Below are positions 54,682 through 64,000 of a stretch of 64,000 nt of DNA, piece by piece. The translations under genes were made by a program, and so were the position numbers. The notes under the pieces were generated by a model. That model was not told the DNA's origin, searched no databases, and saw only the letters and a program-made list of their open reading frames with translations. Numbering within the stretch: position 1 is the first letter of the stretch; the number at the start of each line of letters is the position of its first letter. The DNA comes from an uncultured Arcobacter sp. (GTDB lineage: Bacteria; Campylobacterota; Campylobacteria; Campylobacterales; Arcobacteraceae). The stretch covers positions 160,001 through 224,000 of the forward strand of contig OZ223301.1 in assembly GCA_965140705.1 (NCBI GenBank). The letters run 5' to 3'.

Positions 54682-55263
54682 TTGAAATATGTTCAAAAAG
54701 AGTTTAGTTCAGTTTTTGAAGAGAAAAAATCAAAGTTTCATGCTTTTTTAGCTCCTTATTCGCAGTTTAATGAAGTAATGAAAAGATTAAAAGAAGAGCA
54801 TCCAAAAGCTAGGCATTTTGTTTATGCATACCGATATTTAAACGAATTTGACCAAATTATTGAAAATAGTAGTGATGATGGAGAACCAAAAGGTACGAGT
54901 GGAAAACCTTGCTTAAATGTAATGGCAGGAAACGAACTAATAAATACTTTTGTAATAGTTGTGAGATATTTTGGTGGAGTGAAACTTGGAACAGGTGGAT
55001 TAGTAAGAGCTTATAGTGATGCTGTTAATAGTGTAATTAATATCTCAAAACTGCAAACATATGAAAAACTAGAACAAAGAGTACTAACTTGTGAATATTC
55101 TGATTTATCAAAGTTGGAGTATTTAATTAGTAATCAAAATATAAATATAATAAATAAAGAGTTTGATGTGAATATTAAACTTTATTTAGAATCTACAAAA
55201 GAGGATTTTGAAATCTTTGAAAAAGATTTACCTTTAAATACTAAATTAGAAATAAATATATAA
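54682..55263 (+). CDS. yigZ: YigZ/IMPACT family protein
   Basis: KSKF, DDGEP.GT.G and RYFGGVKLGTGGLVRAY motifs; TTG start. Confidence 0.9.
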   Translation: MKYVQKEFSSVFEEKKSKFHAFLAPYSQFNEVMKRLKEEHPKARHFVYAYRYLNEFDQIIENSSDDGEPKGTSGKPCLNVMAGNELINTFVIVVRYFGGVKLGTGGLVRAYSDAVNSVINISKLQTYEKLEQRVLTCEYSDLSKLEYLISNQNINIINKEFDVNIKLYLESTKEDFEIFEKDLPLNTKLEINI

Positions 55264-55325
55264 CTTTAATATAATTTTTAAGTAATTAATATATAATAAT
55301 CTTTAAAGATATTAAAGGTGATAGT

Positions 55326-56732
55326 TTGAAGATTATAATTTTTATTTTATTGATATTTACAATAGGGGCAAATGCAAAGAGTAGTGAGTATATAAACATA
55401 AATTTTAAAAATTTAGATATCGAAGAGTTTATAAAAATTACTTCCAAACAATTGGACAAAAATATCTTTTATCTAGGAAAGATAGAGGGGAAAGTTGATT
55501 TTGTAACTAATAAATCAATAAAAAAACAGAAACTTTTAGAGCTTTTAAAATTTACTTTATTGAAAAAAGGTTATGTTTTAAAAGATGAAGGGACTATTTT
55601 CAAAATAGAAAATATAAACACGCCTTTAAATCAACAAGAGAAAAAACTAGAAATAATCCCTATTCAAAACCTCGAAGCACAAAATATATTAAAAGTCTTA
55701 AATAAAATTTATTCAAATAAAAAATCAAATATAAATCCTTTAATAACCATAGAAAATGATACAAACTCTATTATAGTAGTAGGAAGTAAAAGTGATACAG
55801 AAAGTATAAAAAAGTTTATAAAAAAAATCGATGTATCAAATCCACAGATTTATATAAAGGCAAAAATTCTTGAGATAAGTGAAACGAAAACAAAAGAGAT
55901 AGGCTTGGAATATGGTTTAAATGGTTTTAATAAATATAGTTCCACAAATTTAAGCACTTTTTCTAGCTCTTTTAATAGTTTAACTAATAAGGCAATTAAT
56001 TTTAGTGATTTTTCTACCTTTGGCTTTGATATTAACTCTTTATCAAAGGGTTTGAGTTTGGGTGCAACTATTAACTTTTTAAAGCAAAATCAAGCTATAG
56101 ATGTAATATCTGAACCTTCAATTTTATGTATAAATAATAAAGAGTCTTCTATTTATGTTGGTGAAACAAAATCTTTTAAAACAGGACAGACAACAAATAC
56201 TTCTGGAACAACAGAGTCTTTTAAAAGGGAAGAAGTAGGATTAAGGTTAAAAGTAAAGCCTAGAATTTCAGAGAATAAAATCATTTTACAAATAAATACA
56301 GTACTAGAAGATGTAAAAGAATCAACTACAAGTGAAAATTTAGATACTTCAAAAAAAGAAGTAATTACAACAGCCATATTAAATAATGGTGAGAGTGTAA
56401 TAATTGGTGGCTTAATAAAAAGTAAAAAATATCAAACGGAATCTGGGCTTCCTGTTTTAAAGGATATTCCATTATTTGGTAATTTGTTTAAAAATGAAAA
56501 ATATATAAATGATAAAATGAATCTTGTAGTAATCATAACACCATATATTGTGCCAAAAGATTCAACACTTAGTATTATAAAAAATAAGGTTGATTATTTG
56601 CAAAGTTTAGAAGATATTTATGTAAATAGTTTAGTAAAAAAGCTTGAAGATAAAAAAATAAAAAAGAGTAGTGTTAAGGAAAGTATTTCATCAAATCCAT
56701 TAGAAAAAATTTATACTAATGTGAACAACTAA
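55326..56732 (+). CDS. Compact GspD/CtsD-like secretin
   Basis: Signal peptide, N0 domain (INFKNLDI), one N domain (DTNSIIV), secretin core (GESVIIGGL, LPVLKDIPLFGNLF, IITPYI). Confidence 0.88.
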   Translation: MKIIIFILLIFTIGANAKSSEYININFKNLDIEEFIKITSKQLDKNIFYLGKIEGKVDFVTNKSIKKQKLLELLKFTLLKKGYVLKDEGTIFKIENINTPLNQQEKKLEIIPIQNLEAQNILKVLNKIYSNKKSNINPLITIENDTNSIIVVGSKSDTESIKKFIKKIDVSNPQIYIKAKILEISETKTKEIGLEYGLNGFNKYSSTNLSTFSSSFNSLTNKAINFSDFSTFGFDINSLSKGLSLGATINFLKQNQAIDVISEPSILCINNKESSIYVGETKSFKTGQTTNTSGTTESFKREEVGLRLKVKPRISENKIILQINTVLEDVKESTTSENLDTSKKEVITTAILNNGESVIIGGLIKSKKYQTESGLPVLKDIPLFGNLFKNEKYINDKMNLVVIITPYIVPKDSTLSIIKNKVDYLQSLEDIYVNSLVKKLEDKKIKKSSVKESISSNPLEKIYTNVNN

Positions 56733-56734
56733 TA

Positions 56735-57418
56735 TTACTTTTTCTTTTTTACTCTTGTTTTTGAAACTCTTTTATCATTTATTTTATAATTAAATTCTAA
56801 GTATTTTTCTATCATATACTCAGATAAATCGTACATTTCATCTAAATTTGTTTTGATTCTCCAAGAATTGACTTGTTCCTCTTTTGAGAGCTGTTTTTTT
56901 ATTTGAATATTATTTTTGTTATAAATATTTAAAAACTTTTCAGTTGGAAAATTTTGTATTATAGGATGATTTAGAAATGATTTTTCATATTCTTTTTTAA
57001 AATAATGTATTAAAGAAAAGGCTAATAATTCTGGTATCCAAAAAGAGCCTTTTTTTATTTTATTAGAAAAGATTGAAGTTAGATATTGATAATAGACTCG
57101 CATTGGTTCAAGGCATTTTGATAATCTTAAAAAAGTTGGTGAGATGTTTTTATTTCTAAATATATAAAGTAAAGTTTCACTTATAATAATATTTGAGTCT
57201 AAATGATTTTTTAAATCATGAACGCTTTTATTTATAAACTCAATCTCTTTGGTATCTATTAATAAATTCTTATTTAAAACATTATCTTTTATATCAATTT
57301 TTTCATAATCACTTAAAAGCATATGAATTACTAATAACAAAGTATCGACTTTCATCTTTTTTAAATTAAAAGAGTTACAATACTTTGAGACTATTTTTAA
57401 TTGTTCATTTTTATCCAT
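56735..57418 (-). CDS. Hypothetical protein
   Basis: 227-aa ORF with AGGG RBS-like sequence and basic C-terminus; no motif recognised. Confidence 0.65.
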   Translation of the reverse strand: MDKNEQLKIVSKYCNSFNLKKMKVDTLLLVIHMLLSDYEKIDIKDNVLNKNLLIDTKEIEFINKSVHDLKNHLDSNIIISETLLYIFRNKNISPTFLRLSKCLEPMRVYYQYLTSIFSNKIKKGSFWIPELLAFSLIHYFKKEYEKSFLNHPIIQNFPTEKFLNIYNKNNIQIKKQLSKEEQVNSWRIKTNLDEMYDLSEYMIEKYLEFNYKINDKRVSKTRVKKKK

Positions 57419-57540
57419 AAATACCCTAATTTTTAAATTTACCTATTTTAGGAAAATAAATTTATTACTTCTTCTTTTTTTGTGCCTCATTTATAATCAT
57501 TTTGTGCTAATTTTATAGTTAAAACGTGCTACAATATCTT

Positions 57541-58413
57541 ATGAAAAAAGATACATTACAAAAAAGAACAAAAATAGCAAATGACATTATGTATTATATT
57601 TATACTCATATTGATATCCATATTGATATAGAAGAGTTAAGTATTGATTTAAAAGTTAGTAAATTTCATATGCATAGAATTTTTAAAGATGCTTTTGGAA
57701 AAAACATTTATGAGAGTATCAAGTCTATAAGGCTTCAAAAGGCATCAAATCTACTTTTGACTAATAAATATTCTACAATATCAAATATTGCAAACCAATG
57801 TGGATACTCTTCTCAATCTTCTTTTATAAAAAGTTTCAAAGAGAGATTTGATATGACTCCAAAGGAGTGGAGAAGTACAGGTTATAAAGACTACTCTCAT
57901 AAAATTTTACAACAATCTCAAAAAGCGATGGAATCTACTGCAGATTTTAGTGATATGACACCAAGTATCGTAAAGATGCCATTTTTCGAGAGTTTTTATA
58001 TAAGAAACAATGGTTACAACGCAAATATAAAAGAGACTTGGCAGAAGCTTCAAACTTGGATTTTATCAAATAATATAAAAAACTATCAACAAATAGCACT
58101 ATTTCATGATAATCCAACTATTACACCATTAAATGAGTGTCAATATATTGCTTGTATTGTAACAGATGATAAGAATATAAAAAGTGATAGATTGCCAAAT
58201 TTTAAGATATCAAAGGGTGTTTATGCCAAATTTGATTTAGTAGGTAAAAGGGGTGATATTCTTAAATTTATACATTGGGTTTACCATGAATGGCTTCCAA
58301 AAAGTGAGTATGAAACAACAACAAAACCATCATATGTAATATATAGAAAGAATAACTTTTTAAATGAAGAAAATGAGTTTGACTTGAGTTTTTATGTATC
58401 AATAAACTATTGA
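57541..58413 (+). CDS. AraC family regulator with GyrI-like effector domain
   Basis: SKFHMHRIFK and CGYSSQSSF HTHs, C-terminal DNP..TP..C.Y..C and EWLP; start moved to ATG 57541. Confidence 0.9.
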   Translation: MKKDTLQKRTKIANDIMYYIYTHIDIHIDIEELSIDLKVSKFHMHRIFKDAFGKNIYESIKSIRLQKASNLLLTNKYSTISNIANQCGYSSQSSFIKSFKERFDMTPKEWRSTGYKDYSHKILQQSQKAMESTADFSDMTPSIVKMPFFESFYIRNNGYNANIKETWQKLQTWILSNNIKNYQQIALFHDNPTITPLNECQYIACIVTDDKNIKSDRLPNFKISKGVYAKFDLVGKRGDILKFIHWVYHEWLPKSEYETTTKPSYVIYRKNNFLNEENEFDLSFYVSINY

Positions 58414-59028
58414 TTACTTTACATATCTTTTCATCATTGAATTAAAAATATTTAAATCTTTTATTAGTTTTTCTGGGGCTTGAGAATTTATTATTTTATT
58501 GCAATCATTGCATAAAATACTCAAGTTCTCAAAATGATAAGTTCCACCTTGATCTAAATCTTTTATTAGTAATAGCATAGAAGTATCCATTTTAATACTT
58601 TTCCCACATCTATTGCACTTATAATTTTCTCTTTTGATAACGAAATTTTTTCTTCTTAGAAGATTGTTTGGGGTACTGTTTTTAGGAATAGATTCTTTTT
58701 CATAACTTGCCCATAATAACTCTTTTGGTATGTTTTTTTGAGTTCTTTTTTCAAAAGGAAAGTCTATAAACTGCTTTGTGATCTCTTCCAAAATCAATAT
58801 TCTTGCTTGGTCGTAAGGATTTGTTTTGCTTATTGAAGTAATTCTTGAAAAATCAAAATTTATCTTTGGATATTTATTTTTTAAGTAAATAGTTATTTCA
58901 TGTACAAAGTAAGAAATATTATTTTTACTATAATATTTCTTAAATATTTTTTTTCTATAGATGTAAAAAGGCAATATAAAAGCAATTATGATTGATGATG
59001 AGATTATATAATCTAAACCAAGAATCAT
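58414..59028 (-). CDS. Membrane-anchored HNH-like zinc-finger protein (catalytic His apparently absent)
   Basis: N-terminal TM; KCNRCG...GG....NLSILCNDCN. Confidence 0.7.
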   Translation of the reverse strand: MILGLDYIISSSIIIAFILPFYIYRKKIFKKYYSKNNISYFVHEITIYLKNKYPKINFDFSRITSISKTNPYDQARILILEEITKQFIDFPFEKRTQKNIPKELLWASYEKESIPKNSTPNNLLRRKNFVIKRENYKCNRCGKSIKMDTSMLLLIKDLDQGGTYHFENLSILCNDCNKIINSQAPEKLIKDLNIFNSMMKRYVK

Positions 59029-59036
59029 AATTTTAA

Positions 59037-60158
59037 TTAAATTATTTTAGGGTCTAGAGTATGGTTTTTAAAAGTTGCTTTTGCTAAATCATATTCTCCC
59101 ATAGCTAAATTCTCAAGCTCATTTATATGTAAAACTGGAAGATTAATCTCTCTTCCTATTACACTTTCCATATTTTTTCTATTAAAATCTAATAAGTAAA
59201 AATCTTGGTCATTATCAACAACAATAAAATCAGCTCCACTATCATAAGCATCAAGCATTAAAGTTGAAGTTAATTTATAAGTTAACTCTGGATTTATGTG
59301 AAAAGTATCTTTTGCTAAATCTTGATTTAAAGATGATAAGTTTAATACTTTAGCTTTAAGGCTAGAAATAAGATTTGATTTATCTTCTGAGTTTTCTGAT
59401 TTTAAGTAAGCAAAACTAAAATCTTTGAAGTCATGTTTTATGTTTTGAACTTTTTTAAAAGTTCCAAAATCAATCTTTTTAGAAATAGAAGATTTAAAAT
59501 TTTGTTTATCAATTGTTTTTGATATATTTAGTTTATTTTTAAGGTTTACAATCTTATCTTCAATGCTTTGGTCAAAATTTAAAATTCTCTTAGATAAACT
59601 TGTGTGAAATTGAATTCCATATTCACACTCTTTGATTCTATTTAATATCTCTTTTTCTTTATTTGGAAATTTTTCTATTAAATCACAAGCTAATAAAAGT
59701 ATGGCATCACCAATGTAATTATACTCTACATTTAAGGTATTTGAGGCATAAAAATATATTTTATATGATTCGTATAACTCTTTAAACTCTTTATCAATAT
59801 TATTTTTAAGTAAATCTAAGCTAATAAATTCACTTAAAATTGATAATTTTGAGTGAAAATCATCTTCATTGATTATAAAATCTTTATTTACTCTTCTTAT
59901 ACTTAGAGGCTCTATTTTTATATCACTTCCAAACTTATCTTTTATTTGTTTACAAGTAGTCATTACACTCATGTAAATATCATTTACAACAAAGTAACTA
60001 TTTGGACTATTTTCAAAAGAGAATTCATCTTCACTATTGAGTTTATTTAAAACAGTTAAAAGTGTGTTGTTTTCTTCAACATTTAAAAAATGTTTTGTGT
60101 AATATGGTAAATAGTCTGATTTACAGTCAAATCTAAATAAAGAAATTTCAAGTTTCAT
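59037..60158 (-). CDS. Conserved hypothetical protein with SdhB/FrdB-like N-terminus and HdrB-like C-terminus (probably DUF5644)
   Basis: FRFD..SDYLPYY...TLL.VL and DAYDSGADFIVV...LPVLH..EL..LAMG patterns. Confidence 0.65.
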   Translation of the reverse strand: MKLEISLFRFDCKSDYLPYYTKHFLNVEENNTLLTVLNKLNSEDEFSFENSPNSYFVVNDIYMSVMTTCKQIKDKFGSDIKIEPLSIRRVNKDFIINEDDFHSKLSILSEFISLDLLKNNIDKEFKELYESYKIYFYASNTLNVEYNYIGDAILLLACDLIEKFPNKEKEILNRIKECEYGIQFHTSLSKRILNFDQSIEDKIVNLKNKLNISKTIDKQNFKSSISKKIDFGTFKKVQNIKHDFKDFSFAYLKSENSEDKSNLISSLKAKVLNLSSLNQDLAKDTFHINPELTYKLTSTLMLDAYDSGADFIVVDNDQDFYLLDFNRKNMESVIGREINLPVLHINELENLAMGEYDLAKATFKNHTLDPKII

Positions 60159-60206
60159 AATCGTACCTTAATTTTATCAAATATATTTTAGTCAAATATC
60201 TCTTAT

Positions 60207-60241
60207 AAAATAATAATTATTACTTAAAAATAATAATTATT
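60207..60241. repeat. 15-bp direct repeat AAAATAATAATTATT, two copies 20 bp apart
   Basis: Exact copies at 60207-60221 and 60227-60241. Confidence 0.5.
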
Positions 60242-61502
60242 CATTAAAACTTTTGATATTGACACCTATTTTTACTAATTTCCCCTCTAAATCTTCATAT
60301 CCTCTGTCTAAATGATAAATTCTATGAATATTTGTTTCCCCGTCTGCAACAAGCGCAGCTAATACTAAAGCAGAACTTGCTCTTAAATCTGTAGCCATAA
60401 CATCTGTACCATTTAATTTATTTGGAGTACCAGTTATACTTGCTATATTTCCATTAAGATGAATATCTGCACCCATTCTTAAAAGTTCACTAACATGCAT
60501 ATATCGATTTTCAAATAATCTCTCATCAATAGTACTTGTTCCATTTGCTTGAGTTGCAAGAGCCATAAATTGAGCTTGCATATCAGTTGGAAAGCCTGGA
60601 TACTCTGTTGTTATTATATTTACAGCTTTTATATTATCACTAGGAAAAATAGTGATTTCATTTTTTGCTGTTTGAATTTTAAAGTTCATCTCTTCAAGTT
60701 TTGATATTACAGCTTCTAAATGCAAAGGTTCTACATTAGTAATTGTTAATTTAGAATTAGTAATTGCTCCTGCACACAAATATGTTCCAGCTTCAATTCT
60801 ATCTGGAATAATATCAAAATCTTTAAATTCTAAAAGTTTTTTATTTGTACCGACAATTGTAAGATCTGAACTACCAATTCCTGTTATATTTAGTCCTGCA
60901 TCTTTTAAAACTTCACATAATTGTACTATTTCAGGCTCTTTTGCACAATTGATAATATGTGTTTCTCCATCAGCTAGTGCTGCTGCCATTATTGCATTTT
61001 CTGTTCCACCCACGGTTACTTTATCAAAAACAATTTTTGCACCCTTTAAACCATTTGGAGCAGTTGCTTTTATATATCCAGCTTTTATTTCTATTGTTGC
61101 CCCTAAAGCTTCCATAGCTTTTAAGTGTAAATCAACAGGTCTTTGTCCTATGGCACAACCACCAGGAAGAGAAACTTCACAATGTCCAAATCTTGCTAAT
61201 AATGGCCCTAATACTAAAATAGAGGCTCTCATAGTTTTTACAATATCGTAAGTTGCTTTTGTCTCTTTTATATTTTGTGTTGAGATTTTTATTTTATTTT
61301 TGTCTTTTGAATAATCAGCCCCTAACATTTCTAATAACTTTAGCATGGTATTTATATCAACTACATCTGGAAGATTTCCTATATTTATTTGATTGTTTGA
61401 TAAGATAGTTGATGCAAGGAGAGGTAAAGTGGCATTTTTAGCCCCTGATATTTTTATTTCACCTTTTAGATTTTTAGAAGATTGTATTTTTAGATATTTC
61501 AT
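60237..61502 (-). CDS. murA: UDP-N-acetylglucosamine 1-carboxyvinyltransferase
   Basis: [27 protein letters not shown] and DLRA motifs. Confidence 0.98.
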   Translation of the reverse strand: MKYLKIQSSKNLKGEIKISGAKNATLPLLASTILSNNQINIGNLPDVVDINTMLKLLEMLGADYSKDKNKIKISTQNIKETKATYDIVKTMRASILVLGPLLARFGHCEVSLPGGCAIGQRPVDLHLKAMEALGATIEIKAGYIKATAPNGLKGAKIVFDKVTVGGTENAIMAAALADGETHIINCAKEPEIVQLCEVLKDAGLNITGIGSSDLTIVGTNKKLLEFKDFDIIPDRIEAGTYLCAGAITNSKLTITNVEPLHLEAVISKLEEMNFKIQTAKNEITIFPSDNIKAVNIITTEYPGFPTDMQAQFMALATQANGTSTIDERLFENRYMHVSELLRMGADIHLNGNIASITGTPNKLNGTDVMATDLRASSALVLAALVADGETNIHRIYHLDRGYEDLEGKLVKIGVNIKSFNE

Positions 61503-61624
61503 TTTGTTCCTATTGGTTTAGTTCTGTATTTTTAAATGTATTAAAACTATTTATTACTTATTGAGAATAACCGGATTTTAACAAAAGATTAATTAAAATT
61601 CGGTTTTTACATCCTAGGATTATA

Positions 61625-62506
61625 ATGGACACTCAAACAATACAAGGCATAAAGTTTATGCTTTTTGCATCACTTTTATTTGCTTTTATGGGAGCTTTTG
61701 CCAAAGAATTAAGTTCCTCAATGAGTTCAATTGAAGTGGTTTTTTTCAGAAATATATTTGGCGTGATACTAATTGCTTTTTCTTTATATAAAAAGCCAGT
61801 AAAACAAACAGGTGGAAAACCTTTATTACTATTTTTTAGAGGTTTTGTTGGTTTTTTAGCCTTGCTTACTTTTTTTTATAATATTTCAAATATCTCACTT
61901 GCAGAGGCTATGACTTTTTCTAAAACTTCTACAATATTTACGGCTATTTTTGCATATATTTTTATAAAAGAAAAACTGGGGTTAAAGGGTTGGATAGGTG
62001 TTTTTATTGGATTTATAGGGATTCTTTTTATTACCAAGTTTGATGGTAGCACTTTAGATAAGACAGATTGGTTGGGGATTTTTTCAGGTGTAGGTGCTGC
62101 TTTAGCATACACTTCAGTTAGAGAACTACGAACTTTTTATGATACTAGAGTTATAGTTTTGTCTTTTATGACAATAGGAACAATAGGTCCAGTGATATTA
62201 ATGATAATCGCAAATTTTTATACAAATACATCTTTTGACTTTATGTTTGGAAAATTTACGATGCCAAATCTAAATGATTTGTTATATATAGTACTTATGG
62301 GTACAACTGCAACATTTGCTCAAATATATATGACAAAAGCGTATGGAGTTGCAAAAGCTGGAATAGTTGGGACAATTTCATACAGTAATTTGATTTTTGC
62401 AATAATACTAGGTGTAATATTAGGTGACAAATTTCCAGATATTTGGATATCATTGGGTATAATTTTAATTATTATTAGTGGAGTTTTGGCTTCAAGTAAA
62501 AAATAA
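61625..62506 (+). CDS. DMT/EamA family transporter
   Basis: Ten hydrophobic segments in two repeats; VFFR and LKE-like motifs. Confidence 0.88.
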   Translation: MDTQTIQGIKFMLFASLLFAFMGAFAKELSSSMSSIEVVFFRNIFGVILIAFSLYKKPVKQTGGKPLLLFFRGFVGFLALLTFFYNISNISLAEAMTFSKTSTIFTAIFAYIFIKEKLGLKGWIGVFIGFIGILFITKFDGSTLDKTDWLGIFSGVGAALAYTSVRELRTFYDTRVIVLSFMTIGTIGPVILMIIANFYTNTSFDFMFGKFTMPNLNDLLYIVLMGTTATFAQIYMTKAYGVAKAGIVGTISYSNLIFAIILGVILGDKFPDIWISLGIILIIISGVLASSKK

Positions 62507-62515
62507 GGAGAAAAA

Positions 62516-64000
62516 GTGAGTTTTGACTGGGAATTTTCTATTATAGAATGGAGTATTATTGCAATTGTTATAGTCGCTTGGTATATACATGATAAATATG
62601 TTCAAAGAAAACATCAATTATTGGTAAACTACCCAATTATTGGAAGGTTAAGATTTGTTTTAGAAGAAGCAAGGGAGCCATTTAGACAATACTTTGGTGA
62701 TGAAAAGTTTTATGAGTCAAAAGATAAGTTAGACTGGCTTAATAAAGCATGTAGAGATTTACCTAATTATGCTTCCTTTTCTCCAAGTCAACCCTTACCT
62801 TATCCAAAGTTTATGATAAGACATGCCAATATAGTTTTAAATGAAGATGAGGTTGAAGGTGGATTTGAGGTTATTTTTGGACCAAGAAGAAAAAAACCTT
62901 TTAAATCTAAATCTATAATTGGAAGATCAGCTATGAGTGATGGTTCTATTTCTCCTGAAGGTACAAGAGCATTTGCAAAAGGTGCATTAGAGGGACAGTT
63001 TCCTATAAATACAGGTGAGGGTAGTGTAACTTCAAATTTCTTTGTTACACATCAAAACTATAAAGCTGATTATATGAAAGTTGTACATGGTACAAAATTT
63101 GAAAAAAGAATAAAAGATGTAGTTCAGTTTTTCTTTAATGGGGCTGTTGCTGCTGATGTTTATAGAAAACTAGTTTTTGGCAATGATCCTGAAGCAGAAA
63201 CTTATATCTTTGATTTACAGTCATCATTGTTTCATAGAATAAATTGGGATGCGCCTTTAGAGTCTTTCCCTAGAGAAGTTCCTACAGACTTACCTGATAT
63301 TACATTTCAAATAAGTTCTGGATTATATGGGGCTAGGGATAAAAATGGTAAATTTGATCCAGTAAGATATGAAAAAGTAATGAAATTTTGTCGTATGACA
63401 GAGATAAAAATGGCACAAGGTGCTAAACAAACAGGTGGAAAACTAGCTGGTCATAAAGTAACTCCTGCTATTGCTTATTATAGAGGTGTTGAAGCATATA
63501 AAGATGTTTTCTCACCTAATAGATTCCCTTATGCAAATACTATTGAAGAACTTTTTGATTTCATTGGACAATTACAACAAATCTCTGAAAAACCAGTTGG
63601 AGTAAAAATTGTTATTTCTGATTTAGATAATATAGAACCTTATGCTAAAGAGATTAAAAAAAGAATAGATGAAGGAAAAGATTCATATCCTGATTATATT
63701 GCTATTGATGGAGGAAGTGGTGGAAGTGCTACTGCTCCAATTGAAACAATGGAAAGAGTAGGGCTTGATATTAAAGATTCTATTTATTTAGTAGATAAAG
63801 TTTTATGTGAATATGGAGTGAGAGATAAAATTAAACTTGTAGCTAGTGGAAAAGTTTTAACTCCTGATGATGTTATTATAATCATGTCTTTGGGTGCAGA
63901 TTTTATTCAAATAGCTCGTGGATTTATGATGAGTGCTGGATGTATTAGAGCTAGATATTGTTCAGGTACTACAGGGCATGATTGCCCAGTTGGACTTGCT
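62516..64000 (+). CDS. FMN-binding glutamate synthase family protein (partial, runs off the window)
   Basis: Not in the ORF track; AAGGAG RBS and GTG at 62516; translation gives an N-terminal TM, NYPIIGRLRF, SAMS, NTGEG, EIKMAQGAK, KPVGVK, DGGSGG, ARGFMMSAGCIRARYC...CPVG. Confidence 0.9.
   Translation, partial: MSFDWEFSIIEWSIIAIVIVAWYIHDKYVQRKHQLLVNYPIIGRLRFVLEEAREPFRQYFGDEKFYESKDKLDWLNKACRDLPNYASFSPSQPLPYPKFMIRHANIVLNEDEVEGGFEVIFGPRRKKPFKSKSIIGRSAMSDGSISPEGTRAFAKGALEGQFPINTGEGSVTSNFFVTHQNYKADYMKVVHGTKFEKRIKDVVQFFFNGAVAADVYRKLVFGNDPEAETYIFDLQSSLFHRINWDAPLESFPREVPTDLPDITFQISSGLYGARDKNGKFDPVRYEKVMKFCRMTEIKMAQGAKQTGGKLAGHKVTPAIAYYRGVEAYKDVFSPNRFPYANTIEELFDFIGQLQQISEKPVGVKIVISDLDNIEPYAKEIKKRIDEGKDSYPDYIAIDGGSGGSATAPIETMERVGLDIKDSIYLVDKVLCEYGVRDKIKLVASGKVLTPDDVIIIMSLGADFIQIARGFMMSAGCIRARYCSGTTGHDCPVGLA

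Overview
This is a very AT-rich chromosomal window from an Arcobacteraceae (Campylobacterota) bacterium, judged from 16S signatures and gene order. About two thirds is core genome: aroC-rnc-rnhA, dnaG, rplU-rpmA-obgE-proB-fmt, birA-parAB-atpF'FHAGDC-tol/pal-slyD-fabD-mtnN, a complete rrn operon (16S-Ile-Ala-23S-5S), and glcD/bcp/cmoA/ribF/tlyA/murA. Three things stand out. (1) The 416-bp gap between a DUF134(HTH)-NifB/NifX fusion gene and aroC holds a perfect TTGACA-N17-TATAAT promoter overlapped by two copies of a 14-bp operator-like motif. It points into an ORF-less ~225-nt structured region with a C9-loop hairpin and anti-Shine-Dalgarno motifs, making it a candidate regulator-sRNA module. 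(2) A 12-kb, 14-gene streamlined aryl-polyene/flexirubin-type type II PKS cluster with an MIO ammonia-lyase sits directly after an atypical tRNA-Thr(GGT). (3) There are several probable leaderless genes and degenerate pseudo-enzymes (His-less membrane-anchored HNH, Cys-less SdhB/HdrB-like fusion). I saw no transposase, integrase or CRISPR array. All calls were made by eye and no searches or folding computations were run.
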